Positions 22,862-33,975 of a DNA stretch of 64,000 nt are shown here, one piece after another (position 1 is the stretch's first letter; the number at the start of each line of letters is the position of its first letter). The position numbers and the translations under genes were made by a program. The notes beneath the pieces were generated by a model that searched no databases, was not told where the DNA came from, and saw only the letters and a list, made by a program, of their open reading frames with translations. The stretch is from Eremomyces bilateralis CBS 781.70. Lineage: Eukaryota. Location: the NCBI GenBank assembly GCA_010015585.1, contig ML975186.1. One strand, written 5' to 3'.

Positions 22862-24253
22862 TCACTGGCTCATTTGCACTTGTGCCGACTGTCGCCGATC
22901 TTCATTGACCTCTGCCTGGGACGGCCGCTCCGTGCCAGACTCCTCTCTGTTCCAGACTTGCTGGGAAAATTGAACGGCATCCTCGAAGACTGCCCATTTC
23001 GATTGACGTTCGCTTTCCTTGAGCCATCCATCCGGCATCTGGGTCCAACCATGCCGAACCCCCTCAACTCTCCGCACGCTGAGTTGCGCTCCTCGTCCGG
23101 CCTTGTCGACTTTGGAGGCCCATTCTTCTCCTTGAACAGTAAGATTGTCTATCGCGGGGAGCACCAGTAATATTCTTGTGAATGGATGAAGTGCTGTAGA
23201 TTTCGTTGTCATTTTCCGGTCGGGCGTGTTGAGCGTTTCACTTTCTTCGGCCTTCAATGGGGGATATAGGTCCATTTCCACTTCAACTTCATGATTTGGA
23301 TCTAAAAGTCCCGGGGATGCTCGAGGATGGGCGGAGAGTTCTCTCGAAACGTATGTCTCCGCTAGAAGATCGCCGATATTCATCGAATTCCACCAATTCG
23401 GGGGACTGGTCATGTTCTCGGGCTTTGCCATATCCATGGCCTCTCCCACTTTATTCCCAGCCGACGCTTCAGATACGTTGGGGGCATTAGGGGCTGGAGC
23501 TGGAGGTCTCTCGGAAGGTAGAAGTCGCAAGTCGAAGGGAGCATAAAATATCAACAGGGCCACTGGTCGCCGCTGTGGATAATGGGGAATAGGTGATGGC
23601 CAGCCGGATTTTGAGGTTGGCGTCCCCATGATATGCTCGAAGGGTTTAAGAAGAGTTTCCGGAATATGCATTCCAAGATTCAGTGCAATATTCGCCCCTG
23701 AACTGAAACCGGAGATTGCGACCCGATCTGTGTCAAGAAGATCACGCTCATCGCCCTCCTCTTTGGCATTCTTGACGGGACCGTATAGATTGGCCAAGAT
23801 CCCCGACCTCAGCTGCTTCCCAGAATCACTTGTGCTGTCGAAAATCGCACGAAGTACGTCCTCGGCGTCTTCCAATGCGGCTGGGAAGGGATCCGCCGGT
23901 GCCATCCGGTAATCCACGCTGATCACGATCGCACCAAGCCTGCGAGCCATGAGAGCACAGAAAGGCGCCTGTTCTAAACAGCCTCCGAGGAAAAACCCAC
24001 CGCCATGGAAGTCCAGCACAATGGGAGCAGGCTCCCAAGAACCGTCTGGAGGATGTGTGAGGCTAGGGGGAATAAAGACATAGAGTGGGATTTTATGTTT
24101 TCCATCCCTTCCTGTGAGATTCAGTATTACCGGATATGGGCCTTCTGGGTTGGTGAAATTTAAGACTTGGGTTGGAACGAATCGAGGCAATTTGACTAAA
24201 GCAGAGCGCCACTGAACGGAGAACGGTAGTGAGGTCCAACTCCTGCGTGACAT
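22862..24253 (-). CDS. Alpha/beta hydrolase, HSL/GDXG-type esterase-lipase
   Basis: HGGGF oxyanion motif, VDYRMAP...FPAALED, nucleophile GFSSG, D in AIDNL and H in RHGW. Intronless, 463 aa. Confidence 0.92.
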   Translation of the reverse strand: MSRRSWTSLPFSVQWRSALVKLPRFVPTQVLNFTNPEGPYPVILNLTGRDGKHKIPLYVFIPPSLTHPPDGSWEPAPIVLDFHGGGFFLGGCLEQAPFCALMARRLGAIVISVDYRMAPADPFPAALEDAEDVLRAIFDSTSDSGKQLRSGILANLYGPVKNAKEEGDERDLLDTDRVAISGFSSGANIALNLGMHIPETLLKPFEHIMGTPTSKSGWPSPIPHYPQRRPVALLIFYAPFDLRLLPSERPPAPAPNAPNVSEASAGNKVGEAMDMAKPENMTSPPNWWNSMNIGDLLAETYVSRELSAHPRASPGLLDPNHEVEVEMDLYPPLKAEESETLNTPDRKMTTKSTALHPFTRILLVLPAIDNLTVQGEEWASKVDKAGRGAQLSVRRVEGVRHGWTQMPDGWLKESERQSKWAVFEDAVQFSQQVWNREESGTERPSQAEVNEDRRQSAQVQMSQ

Positions 24254-25298
24254 GGTGGACTTGGGGTTCCGTAATTAGGGGAGTCTGAAGGAAAATGGGA
24301 GGATTCGACACAAAGGAGCGTTATACGAGTTAGAATATTGTATCGAGCAGAACGGACATAATAAAGCTTCAGGCTGTGGCAATGATGATGATTCTACAGA
24401 ACCGATCTATCTCCACCGTCGTGTTTTAGAGGGCAGTGCAGATCGGTCGAATCGTGAATTCGTGATGCATCCAGGCCAGTGAATGATGTCACACGCACTT
24501 CGATATTTCAGGTTAGCGTGAGTGGCGCTGGCAGGTTCATGTGGCTGATGAGGCCTTATAGCCTGAAGCATCAAAACGATTTTGCAACTGACCCAATAAT
24601 ATCTCTTTGTTGACTCTAGCGCAACTTGGCAAGAAGTAGCCCCTTGATTGGTTGGATTTGCCATACACAGCCTCCGCGAATCGCCTCCTCCAGCGTTTAC
24701 TGACTTCTCAGTCCAGGACATCTGACAACCATGCGCAATCCTCCATGTTAAAGGTCAAATCGGCTACATTCTAAACGCCCTCGACCCTTAATAAATTCCT
24801 AGCCAAACCTCTTTCATCGAAACCGACCTGCAACTCCCCTCGCTTGCTGGGCTACTCTTTCCTCTGACCGAAATACCAGCACGCTGCCATCATCTTCCCC
24901 TCCGTGACTTCAAAACGGCGGACTTAACCCCCCATCAGTCCTCCTCCGGTATTCGTACTCCAGGCTCGGAAGCAGAGGAGTCTGTGTCTAACTCACATAC
25001 AGCACACGGCCAAGCACCAACACGTCCGAAGCTTTCGTCGCGCCCCTCGACTACCACTCCCAGCCGGACTAGTAGCCGTGCTCCCACCGCTCCGCCATCC
25101 CCGTTGGCAGTCGCATCGGCAATCAAGACCGCCGGTGATCTTCTCTGGGATCCGCAGTACACGTCGCGGCCTCGTCTACCTTATATCGGGCCGACGTACA
25201 TTGGTACTATTACGGTCAACGATCGTACCGAAAGCTCTATCAGCGTACAGAGTCTTGGTGGCGGACAATATCCGTCTCCCGTGCGGAAGTCAGGCAAC

Positions 25299-26390
25299 AT
25301 GGATCCAGGGAAGAGACATCCGAGTAGTTTCCAGCAACTCGAGAAGCTTGGAGAGGGGACATACGCGACAGTAAGTAGCACATGACAAATCCGTGGCTCA
25401 TGGATCGCAAGGACGTGTGGCTGACATATGCTCTCCTATTAGGTATTCAAAGGGAGGAATCGCCAAACTGGAGAATATGTTGCCCTGAAAGAGATTCACC
25501 TCGACTCTGAGGAAGGCACACCCAGCACGGCTATTCGTGAGATTTCTCTCATGAAGGAACTGAAACACAAGAATATCGTCTCTCTTCATGACGTTATCCA
25601 CACCGAGAACAAGCTCATGCTTGTGTTCGAGTACATGGACAAAGATTTGAAGAAGTACATGGACTCCCGCGGCGACCGAGGCGCACTTGATCCAACGACC
25701 ATCAAATCGTTCATGTATCAGTTGCTGAAAGGCATCGCCTTCTGCCATGAGAACCGTGTCCTCCACCGAGACCTCAAGCCGCAGAACCTCCTCATCAACA
25801 ATCAAGGAGACCTCAAACTAGCCGATTTTGGGTTGGCTCGCGCCTTCGGCATCCCCGTCAATACGTTCAGCAATGAGGTCGTCACCCTTTGGTATCGAGC
25901 ACCAGATGTCCTTCTCGGTTCACGGACATATAATACGAGCATTGACATCTGGTCGGCAGGCTGTATCATGGCCGAGATGTACACGGGACGCCCTCTCTTC
26001 CCCGGCACAACTAACGAAGACCAACTCCAGAAGATCTTCCGTCTAATGGGAACTCCCTCGGCTCGGAGTTGGCCCGACCTGCCCAATTTGCCCGAATACA
26101 AGGCCAATTTCCAAGTCTATGCCACCCAAGATTTGAGGATGATCATCCCGCAAATCGATCCGGTCGGCCTGTCTCTCTTGACCAGTATGCTTCAGATGCG
26201 TCCGGACCTTCGCATCACGGCCGCAGACGGCCTCAAACATCCCTGGTTCAACGGAATGGCGCCATCCAACCAGCCTCAGCCGATGCCTATGCAGGGGGTG
26301 CAGGGAGGCATGGGGCCGCCACAAGTCCCGCAACAGCAGCAATGGGGTCCACAATCACACATGCCGCCACCGCAACAAGGGGCTTATTAG
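25299..26390 (+). CDS. PHO85: Pho85/PhoA-type cyclin-dependent kinase
   Basis: [28 protein letters not shown]...[22 protein letters not shown] and [17 protein letters not shown]. Intron 25371-25442. Q/P-rich tail. Confidence 0.95.
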
Positions 26391-26643
26391 GAATGGGAAG
26401 TTGGGAAGTACAGTGGGAGCGATAAACGGTTGGGCCATTCTCCATCAACAAAGATCCCTAGCTTGCATTCTTTTTTCGTGTAATGCTTACAACAATCATG
26501 ATATATCACGACGATTTCCGAGACGTCCAATCTAAGGTCTGGCGATATTCATAATTCACCGACATTGATTCGTTCATTTCATGCATTTTCGTGGCCGTGA
26601 CTATTCGTGGACCTAACCGATCCCAATTTTGTCACTAGATTCA

Positions 26644-27669
26644 TCACAGCATGGGTTTCGCAGTCGTTTCGGGGTCCCTCCGCTCCAATATCCAATTCGT
26701 CACATCTTCTGCAAAGGTCTCCCTGTCCTTACCTGGCTCGGCATGCACTAGACCACTAGAATTAGACGCGTATCCGAGCAGAGTGCGAACCGACTTACAT
26801 TTGTGGTACCATCCCTCATAGATCTTGAACGTTAGATCCTCCAGCTTCGTCCGCTCCACAAACTTCTTCGTGCCGTCGAAATCACACACCCCATCCGCCG
26901 TCCCATGGCTTACCCACAACCGCGTCTTCCCCCCCTCTCCGCGCCCTTCATGCACCGATACCTTGCCGGAAGCAAGGTCCTCCGCTCGTTCAATCAGCGC
27001 CGCCAGCCCTTCCAACGACCCCGTGTCATGGCACAGCGCATCCTCCACGTAATCCTTCTGCACCTGCGGATCGCGACTCAGCAACGTCGGTTCGATCGTA
27101 TTCGTGAGCTGGAACCGGGGAAGCAGCTTTCCGGCTAGTCTCCCCACCGCCACTTTGATCCACGTCGGTTGCGTGGAGGGATGGAAGGCGATAAAGGGCG
27201 CCTCAACGAGGAACCCGCGGATCTGCGAGAGGATGGCGGGTGGGCCACGGTCGACGAAGGTTAGCACCTCGCCTCCGCCCATCGAATGGCCCATCAGAAA
27301 GACTGGTACGGGCGACGGTAAGACCGACTCGATGACGCTAGCTATGTCGGATATGACCAGTGACGTCGGACCTGTTTGGCCGTGGTCCGGTCGGGATGGA
27401 GACGTGCGACCCCAGCCTCGCTGGTCGAACGATACTACCTCGATACCTTTGCGTGCAAAAGTCGGGAAGAGATCCCCATAAGCGTTACAATGATCGCTGA
27501 ATCCATGGACGAAGACGAGTAGGGAGGATGCGGTGCCTGTCGGCTACTCAGGATTGTAAGCAGATGGTTGATTCGGACTATGCGCTAGATATACCTTCCA
27601 CCTCTTCGTATATAGTTCTACCCCATCGGGAACGGTCAACGTGGTTTCGACGGTTGAGATATCAGCCAT
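26644..27669 (-). CDS. Monoacylglycerol lipase / lysophospholipase (Hydrolase_4, Yju3-like)
   Basis: LYTKRWK/P...VFVHGFSDH...FDQRGWGR...GHSMGG...HGTAD...YEGWYHKLHAEP. Introns 27544-27594 and 26748-26798. Confidence 0.92.
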
Positions 27670-28380
27670 GTTGCGCTCGGGATCTACACGGCAAACAGAT
27701 ATTTATACGTCAACTAATAACAATAAAGATTGATAGTGATACCACACATATGCGAACGGTCTCCAACGCGTATGCAATGGTTGGGACTTTAGGAGTTGTG
27801 TTGATCGTTTTGGCGTGTCAATCAATCACGGAAACAATAGGATACCTGTTCAGAGGCAGTGAGATGCTTGTATTCGGTCAGAAGTACATAGTTTACCTTG
27901 ACGGGTATATACCCAGGCTTATGTAATCTTATGTAATCTACAAGGTGCGGTGACTAAGTAATAGCCGCGGAGTTCCGACAAGTTGGGACTAGAGACTTGG
28001 AAGTTGAAAATGCCCCTCGAATCACGATCTGATATGTCCCAGCCACTGCATGTGATATTGTGCCTTACGGCCTTACACCCCCTGAAGAGGGCATCGATAT
28101 GCAACCAAGTCTTCCCTTCGACAGAGAAAGGACGAATATATCCCTTAAAAATAATGTGGAGTTCCTCTTCGTCGCTCTGTTACCCTGAATGTACATGCCT
28201 ACCTCTCGCCATTGATGTTCTGTCAGTCTCTTTGCATCATTTGCACCTTATGGTCTTCGAGAGCAACTTCCAAACCGTCACCCTGATTCCAGGTTCCCGA
28301 TCATGGCATCCTTGGTTTGCATATCGTCCTCGTCGTCTGTCGGGTCTTTTATTGTCAGTGGTGCGAGGCGCTTTCAAAGG

Positions 28381-29175
28381 TCACTGATAGATCTGCTCAT
28401 TGTTTGCTTCAATCTGAGTATGAAGGTGTGGCTCTCGGTCAGAATGTCCCCTGGGTTGGTGGGGTACTTCCGTAGGCGTACGCAGCAAAAGTGGATATTG
28501 GACAGATGCATTGCGAAGCTGCACTGATTGCTTCGTTGAAATTCCATTGTTGATCTCCATGGTAGGCTTCTCAAGCTTCTCGTCCACCTCCATTTCATCA
28601 GGTCCTTCTTCCACTTTCTCGACTTCTAGAGAATCCGGGCCATAATCGGGGTCCGATGCAAGCTCTTTAGTCTCATCATTGTCCATCTCGCCCTCTGTGG
28701 ATAATCCATTGCCCATATAGCGTGTATCGGTATCACATTCCATTCGCTGATTAGAGTCCATATCAAATGCTATCTGACTGAAGTTAGAAGAAGACCCTTC
28801 CAAGACGGTGTATTCCCTACCCGTAATTTGTCGAACCATTTCAAATCGCCCAAGGAGTTGAGTTTAATGGTTGACCCATACAGTGCTGTGGCTGCTATCG
28901 AACGGTGCTTTTCCGCATCAGCATTCCAACGATCCTTCGCATCCCTACTAACGTTCAGTATATTCCTCGAGAGACACGGTGCAGGGATAGACTGATAATG
29001 CCAGAATAGATTTCGCAATCACAAACAACGTGTTAAGTTTCGGGTTGCTGAGATTCGCTTCGTACTCTGATGAACTCACCAACCCTCTCGGCACTAATGA
29101 AGTTGTACGCTTTCCGAAGATCACTTTGTTCTGCTCTCGGAGCTTATCAAACTCCTCGTCTGTGGACTTTGACAT
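28381..29175 (-). pseudogene. Fragmented orphan coding sequence (acidic low-complexity C-terminal part)
   Basis: Three overlapping minus-strand ORFs in different frames (28948-29289, 28770-29018, 28381-28839) with protein-like composition. No clean intron reconciles them. Confidence 0.3.
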
Positions 29176-30493
29176 GGCTAATGTCGGGTAAAAGCGAAGT
29201 TGGTTTGTGGTATGGGAGGATGAAGAGTCGGTTTGGAAAGGTATGATACACGGGTGGTAGGCTTCAACTAGATGAATGATTGTCAACAAGATGTGGAAGT
29301 GAATTCACAGAACACACGAACAGCGCTTCGCCTTTTAATGATTCGTGACTTGATTTCCGTCAAATCTAAGGTAAGTACCTGTTCAAAGCCTGGCTCTTTC
29401 CGTGAAGGATACGATACCATCCCACACCCGCATGAATTCTTGTACTCTCGCCAAGGACGACGACAATTAGTCCGAATACAAATGACCAAAATCTGTCAGG
29501 AAGCATAACATGCAAAGGGTGACTGCACGGAGGAACCTTGAGATGACACGGATAGCAAAGAAGAACTTACAACAGGAGTTGACCCCTGAGCCATCCGTTG
29601 CGAAGAACCTTGCCCCAGAGCAAAGCAGCTTCTGCCTCACCAGAAGCAGTTTCCAGAAATAAATCCACAGAAAAATGGCGCCTAAGCCAGGGTATAGTCT
29701 TCATAAAAGGAAAAGGTTCTGATGCGTCAGGTGGCAGTCTCAGGGACGGGGAATAATGTTTGAGACATGAGTTGTTGAGTTCGTAGGTTTGTAATATCGC
29801 CACAGGCCGCGGTATCTGTGAATGTCCAGAATCCCTCCTTGAGGAATATACGACAAAGCATAGACCTGTCGATCTTTCTAATCAGACCCTTCCTCTCCTG
29901 GCTGGGGATATTGCCCTTCTCACGGATAATCTTGGCCTACATGATGTCGAAATGGAAATCGGGAATGTGGTAAAGGTTGGTAACAGTTATATTGAGATTT
30001 CCTTGTTCGTGATAGGGACAACGATATCTCTTTGTCCTACGAAAGTAGTGTGGCTGTCCCCCATTTTGAAAACTCCGGAGGCAGGGGCATAGTCCGAGAA
30101 CCTGGTTGAAGTTGTTGCAAACATGATCACAGACTAGGTTCCCAGGTAGAACTCCTGGCTACGACCCCCCGAGGACGAGTTCTCGAATCCCACCGATCCA
30201 CATGATATTGACGAGACGGTTGAGAACCAATGAAGTAGTTCGATTCCCTCCTTTGGCAAGATCTGTAGAATCATTCTTCTCGTTTCCATGTTTTCCAGCA
30301 TGATCTTCGTAAGCTTCCGGATGATGTTTTCCCTGAGTTTCCAGCCCTGTGGCATCCGGCCCATACTGAAGTAGTAACAGTCTTAATATCGAAATTTGAG
30401 GTCGTACCGACATCGCGGCAAGGTCGTCTTACGCCCAGGCATTGCGTATGGAGTTGGAGGGAAGGAGACCAGAGGTGGTTGAGTAGAGCTCGA

Positions 30494-30952
30494 TCATGTT
30501 CGGGGTCTCAGCGTCGACAGCTCACTCTCTGATACTCCGAAATATTCCCTGATGGTCTCTAGCCAATATCGTGGAGAGTCCATACAGTCCAAATATACTC
30601 TACAACCACACCCCTCGGGGAGTGAAAACAACATGTCATCCATCAGCCACCATATTCCTTCCCAGGCAAGGTCTCTAGTAGGGCCTTCTCTCTCAAGGTA
30701 AAGTTTCTCGTCTGGAGGCAGTTTGTCAAATTCCTCGTCGGTAAGCTCTGGAGACTGCGGTGGGAAGTTGGGACCGTTGGGTTTGATATATTCCCACACT
30801 CCAGTTCGGCACGCTCGGCGAACGATAGACTGAATCCAGAGAGGCCAGTCCGCCTTAGTCTTAAGGATAGGAGTGGGGTACAAACCGAGCTCGGTGTCTG
30901 AATAATAAGGCATAGATGAAGCTGAACAATGAGACTGTAAAGTGAGGGACAT
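30494..30952 (-). CDS. Stand-alone ORF resembling the N-terminus of a Copia/Ty1-type Gag
   Basis: ILKTKADWPLWIQSIVRRACRTGVWEYIKP fits the L...DW..W...I...A....VWEY.DP start of fungal Copia Gags. SPRYWLETIREYF resembles the downstream Gag helix. No pol or LTR seen. Confidence 0.5.
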   Translation of the reverse strand: MSLTLQSHCSASSMPYYSDTELGLYPTPILKTKADWPLWIQSIVRRACRTGVWEYIKPNGPNFPPQSPELTDEEFDKLPPDEKLYLEREGPTRDLAWEGIWWLMDDMLFSLPEGCGCRVYLDCMDSPRYWLETIREYFGVSESELSTLRPRT

Positions 30953-31354
30953 AAATGGGAGATTCGTAACGATGGAGCTATGATGTTTGAGTTGCGATTT
31001 AAGGTCCTAACCGTTGAAACTTGGCTGGGGCTGATGCAATGGTGCGAACTACGGGGGAGGGAAGGGCGAACACCTGCAGTACTTAACTATTTCCACGCGT
31101 CAATGAGAAAAAGCCGAGTGAAAACTGAAAAGTACATCAATTCGTGTAACTCAATATTCCTTATTGGCAGTGGAGGGATATTTAATACCTCTCATTCCCA
31201 AATAGCAGGACATGAAATTTGAAAATATATCTTGCCGTGCTTGCTTGGATGAAAAGGGGCGAAAAGACTGACATTTGGGTGCGGACCAATCAAAACGCAA
31301 GATTTATATATCACGTGGCGAGGGGGTGAACTGGCGTGATGGCGTCTGGTCCTT

Positions 31355-31376
31355 GGGGGTCGGGGCTGGGAGGGGG
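31355..31376 (+). other. Canonical G-quadruplex-forming motif in intergenic DNA
   Basis: GGGGG TC GGGG CT GGG A GGGGG. Confidence 0.6.
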
Positions 31377-31762
31377 AGGTAGAATACGCAGCTACAACAA
31401 GTGTGTTTTCATAGTCTCTCCCCTCGTTAGGGTGTAAGTTTAACTACGTCTTCTGGTATCCAACAGTTGATCCGATCATTTACAAGACCATGGAGAAGAT
31501 TCTAGGAAGTCGTGCCCCCGTCGGATCCATATTATGGGTTTCGCAAATAGGGGTCTAGTGCAATTGTAGTCTCAACGGTCGACGTAAAGAGTGAGGACAA
31601 ATGGAGCACTGACATTCCAGCGGGCTTCCTATACAAGATATTGGATGTGCATCAAAGAATAACGGGTGCCGCCTTGATCTCCTACTACCCAAGGGCCAAG
31701 GAGCGATCTTTGACGAAACAACGCTGCCTATCTGATCCCAGTGCGATGTATCCCCTGGTGAC

Positions 31763-32981
31763 TTAGCATGTAAAGAGCTTGGGGCCGGGTATCGTGTATG
31801 GCGTAGCTAGTGCTGTTAGATACTGATGGTTGAAGCCTTTCGCGTGAACCGGGAGGAAACGTACCTTTGTATGCATCGTAAGTAATTCCCGGATCGGTGG
31901 GTTTATATGCGCCAGGGAAGCTGACCAAGTCACTTGGAGTAGTGTTCCCGGAACCTTTGACCTTGATTTGGATGCAGTTCGGGTAAAATTGCGCGCCGGG
32001 ATATTCCCACGCTGCGTGCAGCGCGATGAGTTCGTGGCGAATGATGTAATAGCCGGGTTTGATGCACTGCGGGATCTTGAACGTCGCGCCGGGGCTGTTG
32101 TCCGCTCTAAGAGGCGCCTGAGGAGAGAGGCTCCTAGTTAGTGATCATGTTGAATGCGGAAATGGACTGGTATATAACCAAGTGTGGAAAGGAGTACGCA
32201 CATCGGCCCAATTGTTTGAAGTTCCCTCCCGTCCTGCTTCAGCGACCTTGAACCAAACCGCACTAATTAAGACTGTCAGCTTGGAACTAGCGCTCGCTCA
32301 ACATTTAATCTTACTCATTCCCAGGCATCCAGTCGTTGCAGCCACTGTCTGGGCAGCGAGCCAAGTACGTAATCACCTTGAAACTGTTAGTGAGGATTCC
32401 TCTCATGAAAATGTCGAGGCAGTGTCCCTAACCGGTCCAACGTGACTCTCGGGCCATTTTGTCTAGAATTTGTTAGCTAATACGAAATTGCTCCTCAGTC
32501 GTTATAACTTTACCCAATGGAGCGTCACAGAGGACCCGGCAGTAGCGTCTGCATGCAATGGAGCAGGCTTTGAGCCAGCGGTGTCTTTTCCGCCCTCTGC
32601 CCAACCTCCGCACTGAATATCGCTGAGGGTTATATCTTGAACTGGGCCATTCCCTTGAACTGGTCGTGATATCCGTTGCGGCTGTAGAGAATCGAACCGT
32701 CAGATGAAAATTTCAAGAAGATTCTGAGGTCACTCACTGCAGGGTTCATGTACGGATCTTGATATGGCTAATATTCAGAGTCAGATGGGTGGATCTGGGC
32801 CGATGTAGCTGGATCTGCCATCCTACCTGATAAAGCTGTTGAACGAGTTAGAGACGACAAAACACTAGAGATGAATAGAAATACAGACTTGATATTCCTT
32901 GCCGTCGATGTCCGCTGTGGATACGTAGCCATGAGCAGCGACGCTGCCCACGGAGAGCAATCCGAGGAAGAATGACTTCAT
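31763..32981 (-). CDS. Lytic polysaccharide monooxygenase, AA9 (GH61), 9 exons, no CBM (almost entirely missed by ORF track)
   Basis: Signal MKSFFLGLLSVGSVAA, then His1 (HGYV), NGPV, WPESHVGP, ITYLARC, VWFKV, PGYYIIRHELIALH, AQFYPNC, VSFPGAY and YTIPGP...FTC*. All 8 introns are GT-AG with CTRAC. Includes a 9-nt exon at 32827-32835. Confidence 0.95.
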
Positions 32982-33975
32982 ATTATAGACTCGGATAATC
33001 GATATTGGTAGAGAGAAGGAAATGAGAGGACAGGAAAGGTACAAAATCAGTCCCTCCGCTACAAAACCACTAGGAAATCATGGCTGATATAGGTTGGGCG
33101 CGGAGATTACAGTCCGGACTGACCTACCATCATTGAAACCTCCGTCACTCAAATCAAGGTGTTCCTTCAACCGACGAGGCATATCGGTCATCGGGCGTCT
33201 GTTTGGAATTTGGTGAACTAGGAAACGCTGCAGAGAACCATCCAGGTTGACCCGGAATGATATGAAACGGGAAACTCAATTATCGAAACAAAAACGCTGA
33301 TTCGGTAGGAGAGAAATGTCGAAAGCGGGGGGTCCCATGTGGACGGCCGCAAGAACGCATCAATAACCGTCGCGATGGAATTATCCACAACTCTATTTCA
33401 TTAAATGGAGGCAATGGCATACGTCGTGGAGGATCGGATCCTTGACAGCACTCATTCGGAGACGAACCAAGGAACGTGGGAGTCCTTGTATTCTCCTGCC
33501 AAAAGTATAGATCAAACGAGAGTCTCCATCATCAAGCTCACTGAGTCCATAATTATTGAGTCCGGTTGAAATTGAATAAAAGGCAGTTTCCAAGCAAGGT
33601 AAGGTGGATCGTGATAGTGATCATAATGATCAGGAAAGGTGCTTGTGTGGTGGTGGTGAACTGGTGATGGAACGTGGCGATGTCACCGGGGGGGTCAAGC
33701 GGCAAAACTTCGGGACTATCGGGCATCTATCCGGCACTGCTCTGTCTGAATCATCAAAGAGCATCATCATCTAATTAACCTCGAATCGCCAGTAATATCC
33801 CATTCTCCTCCATTCGCAAAGAGTTACTCGTAACCTCACCAACGGCATAAGTATATCAAAACGTTCTTCAAGAATCATTTCTCTGTTTGAAGGACTGCAG
33901 GGTGAACCAACACCGAACCTGTTCAACCACATCGGCATAACACATCCAGTCAACCAGTTGCTTAGACTTTGCGAA

